Notes under the pieces: model-generated
What the model was told of the DNA's origin: nothing
Databases searched by the model: none
The model's input: only the letters and a program-made list of their open reading frames with translations
Assembly (NCBI RefSeq): GCF_038025025.1
Contig: NW_027117343.1
Location: 1,426,001 to 1,490,000, forward strand
DNA from: Phyllosticta citribraziliensis
Lineage: Eukaryota
Direction: 5' to 3'
DNA length: 64,000 bases
In this document: in pieces, positions 37,805 through 50,604 of the stretch
How positions within the stretch are numbered: the stretch's first letter is position 1
How the letters are laid out: each line of letters starts with the position of its first letter
Made by a program: the position numbers and the translations under genes

Positions 37805-40034
37805 CTACTGAACGCAGTAGAAGCGGGGGTCCGGGATGTAAGAAGGCGCAACGACGCTCATCTGAGGCTGTGGGTAAGGCTGTAGGTACATGTAGGAGTT
37901 GCCACTCATGTCTTGAAACTGATAGGGATATACCACGGACAGGGTGTTCATGTCGCTGGTCATGTACGCCATGTTGTAGCCGAGCTCCGGATTGTACAGG
38001 AAATCAGCTTGAGGGTTTTCACCGTAGAGGCTGGGACCGTAAAAGGGCAGAACTGCCAGAGGCTGCTGAGCACCGAAAGCTGGGACAAGTTGGCGCATGT
38101 CGTAGGTCTGAGGCGTAGTCGTGAAGCCACTCATTGCGAGAGACATGTTCTGAGGAACCATGCTTTGGCTGACCACGTTCTGAGGAACCATGCTTTGGTT
38201 GACCACGTTCTGACTGTACGTAGAAGCGGTAGCGTTGCCGACCAGCTGCCAGTGTGGCTTCCGGGCGTACTGAACCTTGACGGGGCGCCGGTTGAAGAGC
38301 CGGAGCGTGCCGTACTATGCCAGGTCAGCGACGAACGATTTCATGATTGGAAATCTTACCGTCATGCGCGCAGCCATGTGGGCAGCGCGAGGCTCAAGGT
38401 AGTGGATGAAGGCATAGCTCATGAATTCCGCCCCTGACTTGTTAGTACTTAAGTAGGAATGAAGCATTCGTAAACTCACTGTCCGTGCTGCTGCGAATCC
38501 TGAGCTCGATGTATCGAATCTGACGCCCGGGGCCACCAAAGACTCGCGCGAGATCTGATTTGGTGACCGTGTCGGGAAGTTCGCCGATCCAAAGTGCGCG
38601 GCTGTCGTGCTGGGATGGGTCAAACAGCGGAGCCCTGGCGTTTGGGGGTGGCTTCGTCATGATCGAGGATGAGTCGAAGAACGATATTGCCGACTTTGGG
38701 GTATGCTGGGCTTCGACATTGTACATGGGAATGTCGCGCAGAGCCTTGAGGTGTCAGTGTGGATGAGGTCGAATGCAAGTGGTGACTTACGTTGATGGCA
38801 TCAACCGCATCTTGGTAGTAAGTGAACCTGACGAAGAAGCCAGGGGGCAACTTGTGGACCTCCTGGTCGGTATCGGAAGCCGCCCACGTCTTCTCGATTT
38901 CTCCACGGCTCGAAATGAGGTCCATGACCTCGTCTTCTGTTGGTATCTTGCCGTCTCGGCGGGAGACGTAGACGCATCCTGCACGTGGTTGAGTTGAGTG
39001 CCGATGGAAAGAGGGAATGACTTACTTGGCGCTTTCGCACGCTCCGTTCGGGCCTTGCGACCGAGAACAAAGACACCAGCACCCTGGCCCAGGGCCTTGG
39101 AGGCATCTTCAGCATTGTCGTATTGGATAAAGGCAATTGGCATGCCACGGTCGCGCTTGAGCTTGATGAAGCACTTGCCAAAGCGAGCGTAGACGTCATT
39201 CAAAGCATTGCGAATGACGTCGTCAGGTCGAGTGCTCGGTAGGCTGGCAAGGGTCAGCGCACATTGCCAGCTTGGGGTAGAAGCAAACTTACTTGGCGAC
39301 AAAGATGCAGCACTCGGGCTTGTAGTGAGCTTGGGCGTTGTCTGCCGTCACCTTGTGTCCCTGTCTGTCTGCACGGGGGCTGAGGTTGGAAGCCTCGTTC
39401 GTAGACTTGGTGTCGGAACCATCGACCGAATGCTCTTCTGGGGTCGTGATCGTTGCCAGTTCTGCGTTTCCAAGACCGAAGACATCGTTGTCGTCGTCGA
39501 TACCACGGACGAAGCAGCCTGACACGTTAGCTTCGATGGTCCTGAGATGCGCAGTTCGGCTTACTGTTGGAGCGGGCGAGACGGTTCACGGGCAGGTCTT
39601 GGACCATGCTTGCCAGCTTGGCCGGGCTTGAGCCACAAGTGCTGAGGCTGAGGCCTCTTCGAACGGCGGCGCTGGCATTCTTGCAGCGATCGAGCAAAAC
39701 CTCAAACTTGTAGGGGGGAGCGTCGTCGAATTGATCGTGGGCCTCATCGTTGCGATCAATCACATCGTAGCTGCCAGATGTCTCGCAAGACTCTGCAAGG
39801 CAGGAGGGTCAGCGACGAAAGGGAGACGATAATTTGGCGGAAGAGGGTGCAGGGGTGAAAATGGGTAGATTCGGGGACCTTGCTTGGGGGGTTTTGGGAA
39901 GCTTTCGCTGAAGGAATCTTACCATTGATCAGGTCTGATCCAGGCGTTGGAGGGACGCTGTCGCCTCCGACAAGAGTCTGGCCGTAGGTGCTGGCCGGCG
40001 ATGGCGCAGCCTGGCTTGGAGTGATCGGGGTCAT
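37805..40034 (-). CDS. Three-RRM RNA-binding protein, Rim4/Msa1-like, with low-complexity Y/Q/M/P C-terminus
   Basis: RRM1 CCIFVANLP..KLKRDRGMPIAFIQY..GRKARTERAKAPR; RRM2 GFFVRFTYYQDAVDA; RRM3 RALWIGELP..YAFIHY..PVKVQYA; about 7 introns; 30-nt coding repeat QNVVNQSMVP. Confidence 0.8.
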
Positions 40035-41335
40035 GGCTGCTCCCGGGCGTGATGCAACAGGAAGCGATGGGAGTAGAATAGAATAGGGAGCGAGAATCAA
40101 TGGAGAAGGTGCAGCGATACTGAGAGAGATGGCAATCAGGATGAGTGCTGTAGCGCTGCGGGATGGTGAGATGGAATGGCGAGGAGAGAAATGGGAGGAA
40201 AAGGTCGAAGGCCAGAATTTCAAATCGAATTGGTGGCTTCCTCGCCGGGCAGTCACGCACCGGAGTTACCTAGACCCCGACGTCGAGCAGCAAGTGCTAC
40301 CCAGAGCCAACAACACTCCAATTCGGCTCTTCGCGACCAATTCTTGAGAGATACAGGTGCATACACGGCCTTGGACGCGCTTTCGAAGTCCTGCATGCCT
40401 TGCACTGCTGCTGGAATGGCTCGGCCAATCCTCTCGAGCCTCCGCAGTGCTCGTGCCTGAGATGGAAAGCACCCAAGGCAGTCTGCTTTGCCAAAGCTGC
40501 CAGTAAATGTGTCCGCGACCGTTCCCCTGCTCTTTCTCCCCAGATGCATGCCTTTTGCCAAAGGTCTAACGCATTCCAGATGAAATCCAAAGGCTTCCTG
40601 TTGCATTTGCCGATCGCAGGCCCTTCGATGATTCCATGGCAAACACGTTGACGGCTCTGACACCATCCCCCTAAACTTTCTCTCCAGAGTCTTTTTCTGG
40701 TCAAGAGTCTGATGCTCTCATCATGACTTTGGCCTTTGACGATTGATTCCGTGGCCACCGTGTTGGCGGCCTCTGCGCGGCCTTCCTCGCTCTTTCGAAT
40801 CGTCCACTTCTTCTGCTCAATGATTGAAAACCTTCGAGATGGTGCTTGGCTTTTTGCAAATCGATTCCATGGCCCTCATGTTGACGGATTTTGTACGGGA
40901 TACCATGCTTGTTCTCCTTGACGACTGTTGCTGTTCACAGGTCCAACGCTTTCGAAGGACCCTTGGATCTTGGCCTGTTGATTCCATGTCGGCTGCTTCT
41001 GCTTGCCTGTTTTCTCATGGGACATTGTTGCCAGCTTTTCAACCTTCTCAAGAGCCCCTTGCACATTCTGGAGGATGAGCATCAGCGACAGCGCTCTTTT
41101 CGGAATACGCTTCAACACAGCTCATGACGACACTTGTGGAAGAGGGGAGAAAGAAGGAAAAAAAGAGTTTTGCGCAAGATGCCGACGCTGTGGATTGCAC
41201 GACCACAGTCAGATTCCAGGACACGAGGCTGCTGCCCCTCTGGATCAAGAGCTTCAAATAAACCTGAACATGGAGGTTTTCCGTTGTTGATGTCGCTGGG
41301 TTGTCCAACCGGGGGAGGTCCGAGTTGCATAAGGC

Positions 41336-41375
41336 CGGATTAACTCGGATCGGATTAACTCACGCGGATTAACTC
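41336..41375. repeat. Triple 11-bp direct repeat CGGATTAACTC upstream of SNX3
   Basis: Exact copies at 41336, 41351 and 41365. Confidence 0.85.
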
Positions 41376-41691
41376 ATGGTTGCCCGCTCGACCCACCTAC
41401 CCTACCGGTGGCTCACCCCACTCTGTCCTCCTCCTAGCTGTACCGCGCTTCGCGACCATTCTCTGAGCACGTCATCCCACCAGGCTCTCCGAAGCACTTC
41501 TCTCCATCGCTCAAACTTTCGTTGCTGGTCGACGGTCGCTGGATCTTTCAGCAGACGCGGCCGACGACTCCTACTCCCAAGCTTGGTCTTCGCAGCCACA
41601 TTGCCCTGGAGCTTGAGATCTGGGCAGCTCGGTAGACTTTACGACATCCATTGCCGCCTTGGCCACTATCCCTTCGCGTCAGACCCTCATC

Positions 41692-42226
41692 ATGCAATCA
41701 CTCCCCGACTCTCGGCCACAAACCTACGAGGAACTCTACGGTCCCCCGGAGAACTTTCTCGAGATTGAGGTAAGCTGCTCCCTACCCCGCTCTCAGGGTG
41801 AGCTCCAGTAATACTGACCCAAGATAACAGGTACGCAATCCTCAGACCCATGGAACCGGCCGCGGCATGTACACCACGTACGAGATTAGCATGAGAACCA
41901 ACATCCCCGCCTTCAAGCTCAAGCACTCGACGGTGCGGCGAAGATATTCCGACTTTGAAGCTTTTCGAGACATCCTGGAAAGGGAATCAGCACGCGTGAC
42001 GATCCCACCACTTCCTGGCAAGGTGTTTACAAACAGGTTCTCTGACGACGTCATTGAACACCGTAGAGAGGGTCTTCAGCGATTCCTCCAGATTGTGGTG
42101 GGACATCCTCTGCTGCAGACTGGTTCCAAGGTCCTCGCGGCATTTGTTCAGGGTGAGCCGCTTCCAGCCAATCAAGAGGTCAAAGCTGACTGTGCAGACC
42201 CCAACTGGGACAGGAACCAATGGTGA
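41692..42226 (+). CDS. SNX3: Sorting nexin 3 (PX domain)
   Basis: [57 protein letters not shown]; 2 introns. Confidence 0.96.
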
Positions 42227-43183
42227 ATGCGCAAGTGGCAGTAGAAGCCAGGGGCTGCCAAGTCTCTCAAGATGATTTGATCAATAGATACCCAACTGTT
42301 CTCCCTTTTCACATGGCGCCCCCAGCTCGTTTGCCGATTGCTGGCACGACTCGGTTCACCAATTCCTCATTCCCCTGACGCATGGCAGCCGCTCCGAAAG
42401 GGGTACACGCACATGAAGCTTGCACTTGAAGATACATTCTTGTCTTGAGTACACAACTAGTCATTTTGTTGATTTTGCAAAGGAAAAGCGCGGCGTGTAG
42501 GTCGATCAAAGCGAATTCGCTTTCCAATACGAGGACAATTTTACCTCACGCGACCAGTACAACATTTGATGATATGAATCTCCACTCACATGAGCAACGT
42601 CTATCCAGCAGGAGAGCATTGTAGATTTCCTCACGAGCGACATGACACAAATTGATAGTGTAAAGAGCGTTAGCAGCTCAACTCTCACCTTTTGGGGCAC
42701 TTCTGGCGAGTTGATGCCATTCGACGCCGCGGGTTGGTTTTCCAAAACCGGGATTTCAACCTCGAATCTCTATATAAACGCAGTACCGTTCATTCCATGT
42801 TTTTTGAACGTATTGGACACCCTACGTGTCGTGTAAGGGACGTGGGTGCGGGCGGCTGGAGACTGAATGCAGAGAATAGTCTGAAGACCATGCATTGGCT
42901 AATGTAGCTGGCAAAACATGTAGGCGTGTCTCTGCCGCTATGTTGCTTTCGCTCAGGCAAATGCAGATGCATCACAGCAAGGAGTTGTATTCAAATTCAA
43001 TCAAAGTGGAAAAGAGGAGTGCACCTCGGCTCAGACTACTGCAATCGAACATTCGTCAACGTGCATGTGGCGCTGCATCCAGTGGCCGTGCACCCGTAGG
43101 GCTGAATGAAAGTGTGGCTCGCAGCTTGGACCGGGATCTCCGCGTTGATCTTTGAAATCTTGAAGCGGCCACGACCAAACACA

Positions 43184-44498
43184 ATGGCTTCGCATTCGCA
43201 ATCCAAGGTACCATCGCCCACCAAACTTCGTCTCCACCACTAATAGCTCGCAGAAAAGAAAGCGCAACAATGTTGTGGTCCACCAGGCCGGTGTGGCCGC
43301 TAGCAGCGACGGCGCCGACACATCCAAACCCACGGCCGTCTTCAAGCCAACCAAAGGGAGGAGCTGTACCTTGAGCATCGCTCTGCCGGGGAGCATCATC
43401 GCCAATGCTCAATCGCACGATCTCAAGACCGCCATGGTTGGCGCCATTGCACGAGCTGCCGCCGTCTTTAGCGTCGACGAGATCATCATCTTCAACGACG
43501 GCCAGAGCCAGAAGCACAACGCCGAGAGACAGAAGCGCTATAGCAACGACTATTACAACGACCGGCGCAGACAAGACGAGGCGTCAGGCTACACCGGGTT
43601 CTCGGACCCAGACAACTTTCTATTCCACATGCTGTCCTACCTGGAGACGCCACCACACTTGCGCCGAGCGCTATTCCCACTACACCCGAACCTACGCACG
43701 GCGGGCACGCTGCCTAGCCTCGACATGCCGCACCACCTGCGCGCCGACGAGTGGTGCCAATACCGCGAGGGCGTCGTCAGCGAGCCGTCGTCCTACGTGG
43801 ACAATGCCACGCAACACGGCGACCCCACTCTGAACAAGCGCAAGAAGAAACAAAGAGACGACGACGCACCCAACACCACGGCCGGTGCCGCCGTCCCGGT
43901 CTGGGTCGATGCTGGGCTGCCATCGCCCGTGCGGCTAGACCCTCCGGCCGCGATACCACCCCACTCGCGTGTGACGCTCAAGTTTGCGGACGAGAACGAC
44001 CCCGGCGCGTACGACGACCTGGTGGCGGAAGCCGTGGACCCGTCGGCGCCGCGCGAGGAGACGGGGCTGTACTGGGGATATCAGACACGGCCGGCGGGCA
44101 GTCTGAGCGCCGTCTTCACAGAGTGCCCGTGGGACGGAGGGTACGATGTTTCGGTCGGCACATCCGAGCGCGGCGTGGCGCTCTCGTCACTCCTGACTGC
44201 TGCGGGGGAGCCTGCGGCCAAAGGAGGTGGGTCCGATGAAGAGGCACACGGCTTGCCGCAGTCGTTTCAGCATCTGTTGCTAGTTTTTGGTGGAGTTGCG
44301 GGGTTGGAGGTGGCTGCCAATGCGGACCCCGAGTTGGCTGGCAAAGGCATTGATGGAAAGTCTGTGGGAGCCATGTTTGACGCGTGGGTCAATCTGGTTC
44401 CGAACCAGGGGAGCAGAACCATTCGAACGGAGGAGGCAGTATGGTTAGGGTTGATGGGATTGCGGGAGTACGTTCGAAGAAATGCTGGCGAGACTTGA
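43184..44498 (+). CDS. SPOUT1/DUF171-type RNA methyltransferase
   Basis: TLSIALPGSII, IARAAAVFSVDEI, YLETPPHLRR, GTSERG, LLVFGG, PNQGSRTIRTEEA; short first exon with intron 43208-43253. Confidence 0.9.
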
Positions 44499-44678
44499 AA
44501 AGCGTTAGAAATAGAGAATCAAACGCTTCCTGCAGAAAATGTAGAATTGCAGCCGTGGAATTTTGATATCGCTCGACACGTGACTACGCAGCTTTTCCGC
44601 TGGACGGCGCATCACCAGAGAACCGCCGCGCAACCCACCCGACGCCGGTCCGCGACAACCTCTACGACCTCGAGCGCC

Positions 44679-45902
44679 ATGATTCCGCGGCGGCTACCCG
44701 TGGCCATGCCAATTCGCAGGCACGCTGCGTTCCAATGCCTCCACCAAAGCCCGAGCTCGACCGTCTCGGCCGCCGTCCGCTTCGTCCACACCCCCAATGC
44801 CCTCCACCGAAGAACGAAAACGGCGCCGTCGTGGACCGCCAGCAATGGCTCAATCCGACAATTCAGCGTCTCCAGCAGCCAGCGCCAGTCGATGAAGGAC
44901 GCGCGGCAGGCGGTCATGGGCGGACGCAAAGAAAAAGAGCCCAGCTTCATGGCGGCGCAGAGGGACGCGCAAAACATCAAGCTGATACCCAGAGATATCG
45001 GGCTGCTTCCTGGTGGGTGATTCTGGTCTCCTCGCCGGCGGTGCACAGTGGCAGCACATGGGTCTTGGAGCTGGCGGGACAATGAGATCTGATGGTGTGC
45101 TGCAGGGACGTTTATAAGGCCGCGCCGCGCGGACATGCCTGGGATACTTGAGGACCCGAAGAAGAGACTCATGGTCGAATACAAGCTGGTCAAAAGCTAC
45201 TTCACCTCCGCCATCACGTAAGTCAGTCAGTCTGGGTCCCGACCAGGCGCGTAGCTGACGGCGTACAGTCTGGGCCTCTACAAATTCAAGAGCGTCAAGC
45301 CCCGGCCCAAGCTCACCAGGAAAGGCGTGCCTGAGCTCGCCAAAACGCTGTACGAGCAAATGTACACGGCGTTTGCATTGTAAGCAGGCACTTGTGCGAC
45401 GCATGGCACGGCATGAGCTAACGCAACGGCTGGCAGCGGCGACATGGACCACATCCGTCAAATATGCACCGAAGGCATTGTCGATTCGTTTTCCCACCGC
45501 ATTGCGCAGCGCGACTCCAACCAGCGCCTCTACTGGAGGCTGCTGTCGAGCCACAAGCCCAAGATCGTCTCCGACCGCTGCGTGCAGCTCCCATACCCGG
45601 GCGGCGACAGCAACAAGCGGCCCATCTTCTACCGGCAGGTCATCTACCGGATTCGGTCACAACAGGCGCTGGTCAAGGGTACGGTCAAGAAGACTCGTCA
45701 CGGGGAGAAGCTGTTGGACGCGTGGGGCAAGGAGCTGCCGGTGGACAAGGACGGCGAGGTGACGTTGAAAAGGATGGAGCAGGAGGCGCGCGAGGTGACG
45801 GAGCTGTTTGTGGTGCAGAAGCGCATGTTCCTGGGCAAGGAGGAGAAGTGGTATGCGTGGGGATTGACGCAGGAGACGCCCGTGTCGGCGATTTTGGCAT
45901 AG
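44679..45902 (+). CDS. Tim44-like-domain mitochondrial protein (Mba1/mL45-like)
   Basis: Basic presequence-like N-terminus; DIGLLPGTFI, LYEQMYTAFA, RQVIYRIRSQQAL, VTELFVVQK; 3 introns. Confidence 0.75.
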
Positions 45903-46540
45903 GGATTTCTAGTGCATGCATAGACAACAGCGGCAAAAGCCAATGAGGGCGACGCTGATGCGCGATCGACGGAGCAGCGGTAGACCCTGACGCTAACGTG
46001 GGGAAGAAGCGCGCCATGGCGCTTGTCCTGCCCAAGCTTGATTTGACCTCTCTCGCTGCTCAACCTCATCAACACCATTTTTCTGGCTCTCCCCGGCCGA
46101 CAGCAAGGGCTGTCTCGACCTTTCAAATCTCCCGATCCTCCATTTCTCCACCCTGGCGTGCCCTCGTCGCCCTCGTCCGCCCTGTCCTCGTCCCCGCCCG
46201 CCCTGCCCGCGCAATCCCCGCCGGACCCATCTCTTGGCCGTCTTTCCACCACGGTGCTCTGCTCTGCTCTGCTCTGCTCTGCTCCTCGCGCCATTGCCGC
46301 TCTCTGCCGCTCTCGACTCGGTCCCCGACGCCTGTGGATCCCCTGTGAAAAGACTGCCCGGTGTCCGTCGCCTGGCCCATTTCGTTTCGTTTCGTCTCCG
46401 CTCGTCACATCCGTCCACGCTTCTCTTGTATCGATTTCCCTCCCCGATCTTCTCACCTCCGCCTCGCCTGGCCTCTGGATCAGGAAAAAGAGCACGAGGG
46501 CACCGCCGCCGCCGGACCGTGGGCTGCCGCAGCCGGCCAC

Positions 46541-47827
46541 ATGTCTCTCCACCAACCGCAACCACTACGCCCTCGCTCCGCCGGCCGCCACACGTTCAAC
46601 TCGTCCGCCCCGGCCCCTCTGACGCAGACGCAGCAGCAACCGCCGCCGCCGTCGACCCCTCCGCCCTCCTACAAGGACATCGCCGCCGAGGACCGCCGCT
46701 CGCGCTCTCGTCCCTCGTCGCCGAGTCCTCGTCACGCCCATCCGCTGCGCAACAGCAATGCCGCCTTCTTGGATGACCCCCCGCCCAGTCCTAATGCCGC
46801 CGCCGCCCTGCACGCCCCCCTGCGCCGCCGCTCCCTTGGCGCCATCAGCTCCCCGCTCGACAGCGACTTGGACCTCACCCACGGCGCCGCGTCGCCAGCG
46901 CCGCGCCGTCCGCGCCGCCGCTCCAGCGCAACCGGCACCCGCATGCGCGACCGCGACCTCCAGCCGCTGACGGCGGCGCGCGTGGACGATCGGGACCCAG
47001 GGGAGCCGTCCGAGTCGGAGCCGCAGGCGGGCACGGGGACCGGCAAGCCGGCCGTCCACCCGCAGGTTGCGGGCTTGCTCGGCGTCAAGCGCAGATGGCA
47101 CGTCCCGCTGCTGTGCTCGCGGGCGTTGGCTTGTGCGCCGGCCATCTACTGGTTCATGGGGCACAGCTCTGCGTTTTTGGATCTGTTGCTGGGCGAGATT
47201 CGCGGGCAGCGCATGTACGAGGGCGCGGACGAGGGCACGCTGGTGCTGACCGAGGTGGGCCTGGCGTTGCTTTGGGTGCGTCGTTCAATTGGGCTATTGG
47301 AGAAACTCGGAGACTCGAGGCTAATTGCTGGCAGTGTGCCACTTCGGGCTACCTCTCCTTTTACTTTCTCGATTGCCTCATGTCGCGCTGGTAAGACTGC
47401 CATTTCCCGGAGACATCTCATATCGCTCATACAAAACGACAGGCTCCTGAATTACGCCGCCCCCGCCACACTCGTGCGCCTGTGGACTGTGGTCGCCATC
47501 AACTTCTTCACAACATCGCGCTGGTTGCGTCTGTCCGGCGCGGGCGACGAACCGCGCCTCCTCCTCCCCGCGTGGATCGCCATCGCCACGACCCTCACCC
47601 TGCTCTACCTCTTCACGCACCGCCACGTCAACATCCGGAGAGAGACCCGCGCCGCCCTGCGTGCCTTTTGGTTCTCCACCTCCGTCTCCCTGTTTGCGTT
47701 GTTGTTGCATCGGCATGTTGCCCGTGAAAGTTGGCGCCAGATGCCGCTGTTTCAGATTGGGAGGGATGTTGTTGTTGCGTGGAGGGGTGCTGCTGCTGCT
47801 TCGGCGGCGTCGTCGTCGTCGCAGTAG
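46541..47827 (+). CDS. EOS1: Eos1-like ER membrane protein
   Basis: HPQVAGLLGVKRRWHVPLL; spliced EVGLALLWCATSGYLSFYFLDCLMSRWLLNY..LVRLWT; LLPAWIAIA; 2 introns. Confidence 0.8.
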   Translation: MSLHQPQPLRPRSAGRHTFNSSAPAPLTQTQQQPPPPSTPPPSYKDIAAEDRRSRSRPSSPSPRHAHPLRNSNAAFLDDPPPSPNAAAALHAPLRRRSLGAISSPLDSDLDLTHGAASPAPRRPRRRSSATGTRMRDRDLQPLTAARVDDRDPGEPSESEPQAGTGTGKPAVHPQVAGLLGVKRRWHVPLLCSRALACAPAIYWFMGHSSAFLDLLLGEIRGQRMYEGADEGTLVLTEVGLALLWVRRSIGLLEKLGDSRLIAGSVPLRATSPFTFSIASCRAGKTAISRRHLISLIQNDRLLNYAAPATLVRLWTVVAINFFTTSRWLRLSGAGDEPRLLLPAWIAIATTLTLLYLFTHRHVNIRRETRAALRAFWFSTSVSLFALLLHRHVARESWRQMPLFQIGRDVVVAWRGAAAASAASSSSQ

Positions 47828-49602
47828 AGTTCTTCTTTTTCTAATGCTTGAGCGGGGCTCAGGGGCTGACGGACTGGTGAGAGTGAGCGAGAGGGAGGAG
47901 GTAACCAAGCGGAAAGGAAAGGCAATACCGGCGTTTGGGCGTCTCTCTGTATGTATATATTTGTATCCCTTCATGTTCCTTCCTTGCTGGCTGGCGTTAG
48001 TACAGGACGGACGGACGGATAGTCGGTTGGGTGGGAGCAAGTAAGTACATTGTGTATCCACAACATGTTTGATAGTCGACTTTTGCTAGGCATCTCTCTG
48101 TCAGCAGTGCTTTCCGCCGCAACGGCTGGCAGTACGGACGGACATACCGAAATTTGAAGCGCAGTAATGATGCTCAACGTCCAAAGGCGAGAGAACAGAG
48201 AACCGTCTCCTTTCGCTTTCACTCTGGCTATTTCTCGAAAGCCCGTCAGCACACCCACCAGCTGACTCGCAAGGAGGGGGAGGAGGAGGAGGAGGACTTG
48301 GGCCCCGTGGGTGCCGTTGTCTGCCTGAGGTCAAGAGGCAGGCGCGCGAACAGTCGCCCTTCTTGCGATTTTCCAGCCAAATTATTTGGATTCTTTGCGC
48401 CAGTGAAGCAAAACACCATCATTCCACGCCGCAACCATCCACCATTTTGCTCCAACGTTGTTGAACATTGAGAGATGCTCCTGCTGCCTCGACGGCTGCG
48501 AGAGAGGGTGTTGTCGACATGGCGTCCTCGCCCCGCAGCCGCGGAAGAGTAGCTCGAATGTGTTTTTGTGCCACGAGAAAAGGACACAGTGTTGAGAGTG
48601 GTGGTCATCTCTGCAGGCGCTGGCTGCATTTTTCCTCCTGAAGCAGAGCCTCTCGATAGGAGAGGCCGGCTTTTATGCTCGGGGGCAGAGGCGGAATCGG
48701 ATCCAGGGGACCGGGAGCTCAGGACTGGAGGCGTGACTACAGAGCTCTCACAAGGCCCTGGTGGTGTCAGGAACCAGGACTCAGAGCTTACACATGAAAT
48801 GTCAGATGCAATGAATGCTCCACATGCTACAGCATTTGCACTGCATCTGGCTCTTCGCCTTCTTACAGCTCCTAATTGTTGAGGTATAAAAAGCGTGCTC
48901 GGTCCGCCATTGACAATGTCCAGAGACTCGCTCTTCCACTGACAGCGAACTACTGGAAGAGACGTACTGCCGTGTTTGTCTTCCTTTTCCACCTTGGATT
49001 GTAGTCAAACTGCCAGAGACCTTGTTTGTTGGTCGTTGATCTGACGCCGCCGTCCCAGCTCGTCAATTGACAAAATGCCACAACGATGGCTTCAGGCATG
49101 TCCTTCTCGAGATGCTTATCTTCGTCATCGTGTCATTGCGGTACTCTTTCAATCGAGTCTGGTGTCATCGAATTAATATATGCACAGCCGTCGGGCAGGG
49201 CTCGAAGTGTTTAGTGAGTATGTCAAAAGACGAGACGGTCGAAAAGGTCTGAGAACCGGAACTGCTTCATCTAAGGCTCTGCAACCACGTCGTCCTTCTT
49301 GTGTGCTCGTCTTCAGTGCGGGCTCGCTTGCGGTTCATGTACTTCCTTCTCACGCGCGATGGTGTTGGATCATGGCATCCGAGCAGCCTTAGGCACGCTC
49401 CGGCCGCGCACCTTCTGCGCCTGCCCCATGGTGGGCAACGGCACCCACCTCACGAAGCAAACAAGACCGGCCAGGCTTCTGCTCCTTCCGCGTCGTGACT
49501 CGCTTACGGTACCGCCGTGGTGGGCTTCGCACTTTTGAAAATCGTCGTCCTCTCCTCTCCCTCCTCTTCCTCTCCTCCTCACCATACCGCTGCAACACCA
49601 CC

Positions 49603-50604
49603 ATGATCGCAGCAACAGCATCTTCCGCCGGCGGTGGTGAGCCACCCCGCAGACCAACTGGACCTGGGTCCACCAGGAAAACCAAAGAAACGTGAGTGAA
49701 GCCCGCCCTTCCCGTCCGCATCACCTCTGAATGCTGACACTCCAATACTTTTAGGCGTGCCAACTACAACAGGTGTACCCGGTGCAGTCAGCCCCGTCAC
49801 GGTGGACACTGGACCTACTGCGCCAATAGGTGCTGCCACTGCAACAGCAACGGGCACGTCGGGAGGCCCTGCCCCCAGGCCATGAACCACTTCAAGAAGT
49901 ATGGTGGCCCCTCCAGGGTCATCCATGGCCAACGCGTGTTCCAAACGCGGGCCAATGCTCATGGTCAGAAGGGGTCCGGGCAGACACAGCAGCCATCTGG
50001 GTTGAGCACATACCAGCAGCCTTCAGGGTTGAGTACATACCAGCAGCCTTCAGGGTTGAGCACATCTCAGCAATCCTACGGGTTGACTCCTTCTCAGCAA
50101 TCTTCTGGGTTGGGCCACGGTCTCGTGATCCAAGGGACAGTCGGGGCAATCAATTTCTACGGCGCGCAGCCATCACAGCACCCCCCGCCCGTCAACACCC
50201 AACGGCGGTCGAACCAAATTCAAATCGACGCCCGGCCACCTTGGAGGTGGAGTCAATCCGATACGCAGCCGCCACGGGAGCCCCGGCGGAGCATTTTCGA
50301 CAGAGCTTCCACGCCGCCATGCCAGCCCAACGTCTCTCAGCCCCGACAACGCGGGCCAACACTCGACTCGGCGCTGCAGCACCAGCCGAGGCGGAGCAAC
50401 AACAACAACAACAACCAAGACGTCGAAATGCGCGACGCAGAAGGAGTCGAGAGGACGCGACTCGGCGATGGAATGGACGGGCGCGAGGTTGACCGCTTCC
50501 CACTTTACTGTCCTGTCTGTGACGTGCATGTCTACCCAGGTAATGTCCAAGGCAGTCCAAACGAACGAATGCTCCTCGCCCGCGCAAGTGTGGACATACA
50601 GTAG
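49603..50604 (+). CDS. Zinc-knuckle protein with QQPSGLSTY repeats, function unknown
   Basis: Exon 49603-49691 and intron 49692-49754 splice in frame into the 49882 ORF, giving CTRCSQPRHGGHWTYC and CCHCNSNGHVGRPC (CX2CX4HX4C). Confidence 0.7.
49987..50115 (+). repeat. 27-bp coding tandem repeat, about 5 copies
   Basis: CAGCAGCCWTCWGGGTTGAGYACATAC units, degenerating toward the 3' end. Confidence 0.9.

Noticed and set aside
42309..43155. Short ORFs and a TGATGA box suggesting a C/D snoRNA
   Set aside because: No suitably placed D box, terminal stem or recognisable rRNA guide; the ORFs lack coding features.
48246..49250. 248-aa minus ORF, or a RIP-decayed gene in a neighbouring frame
   Set aside because: No motif or ATG start; stop density in the alternative frame is about what random sequence gives, and the region is not AT-rich.
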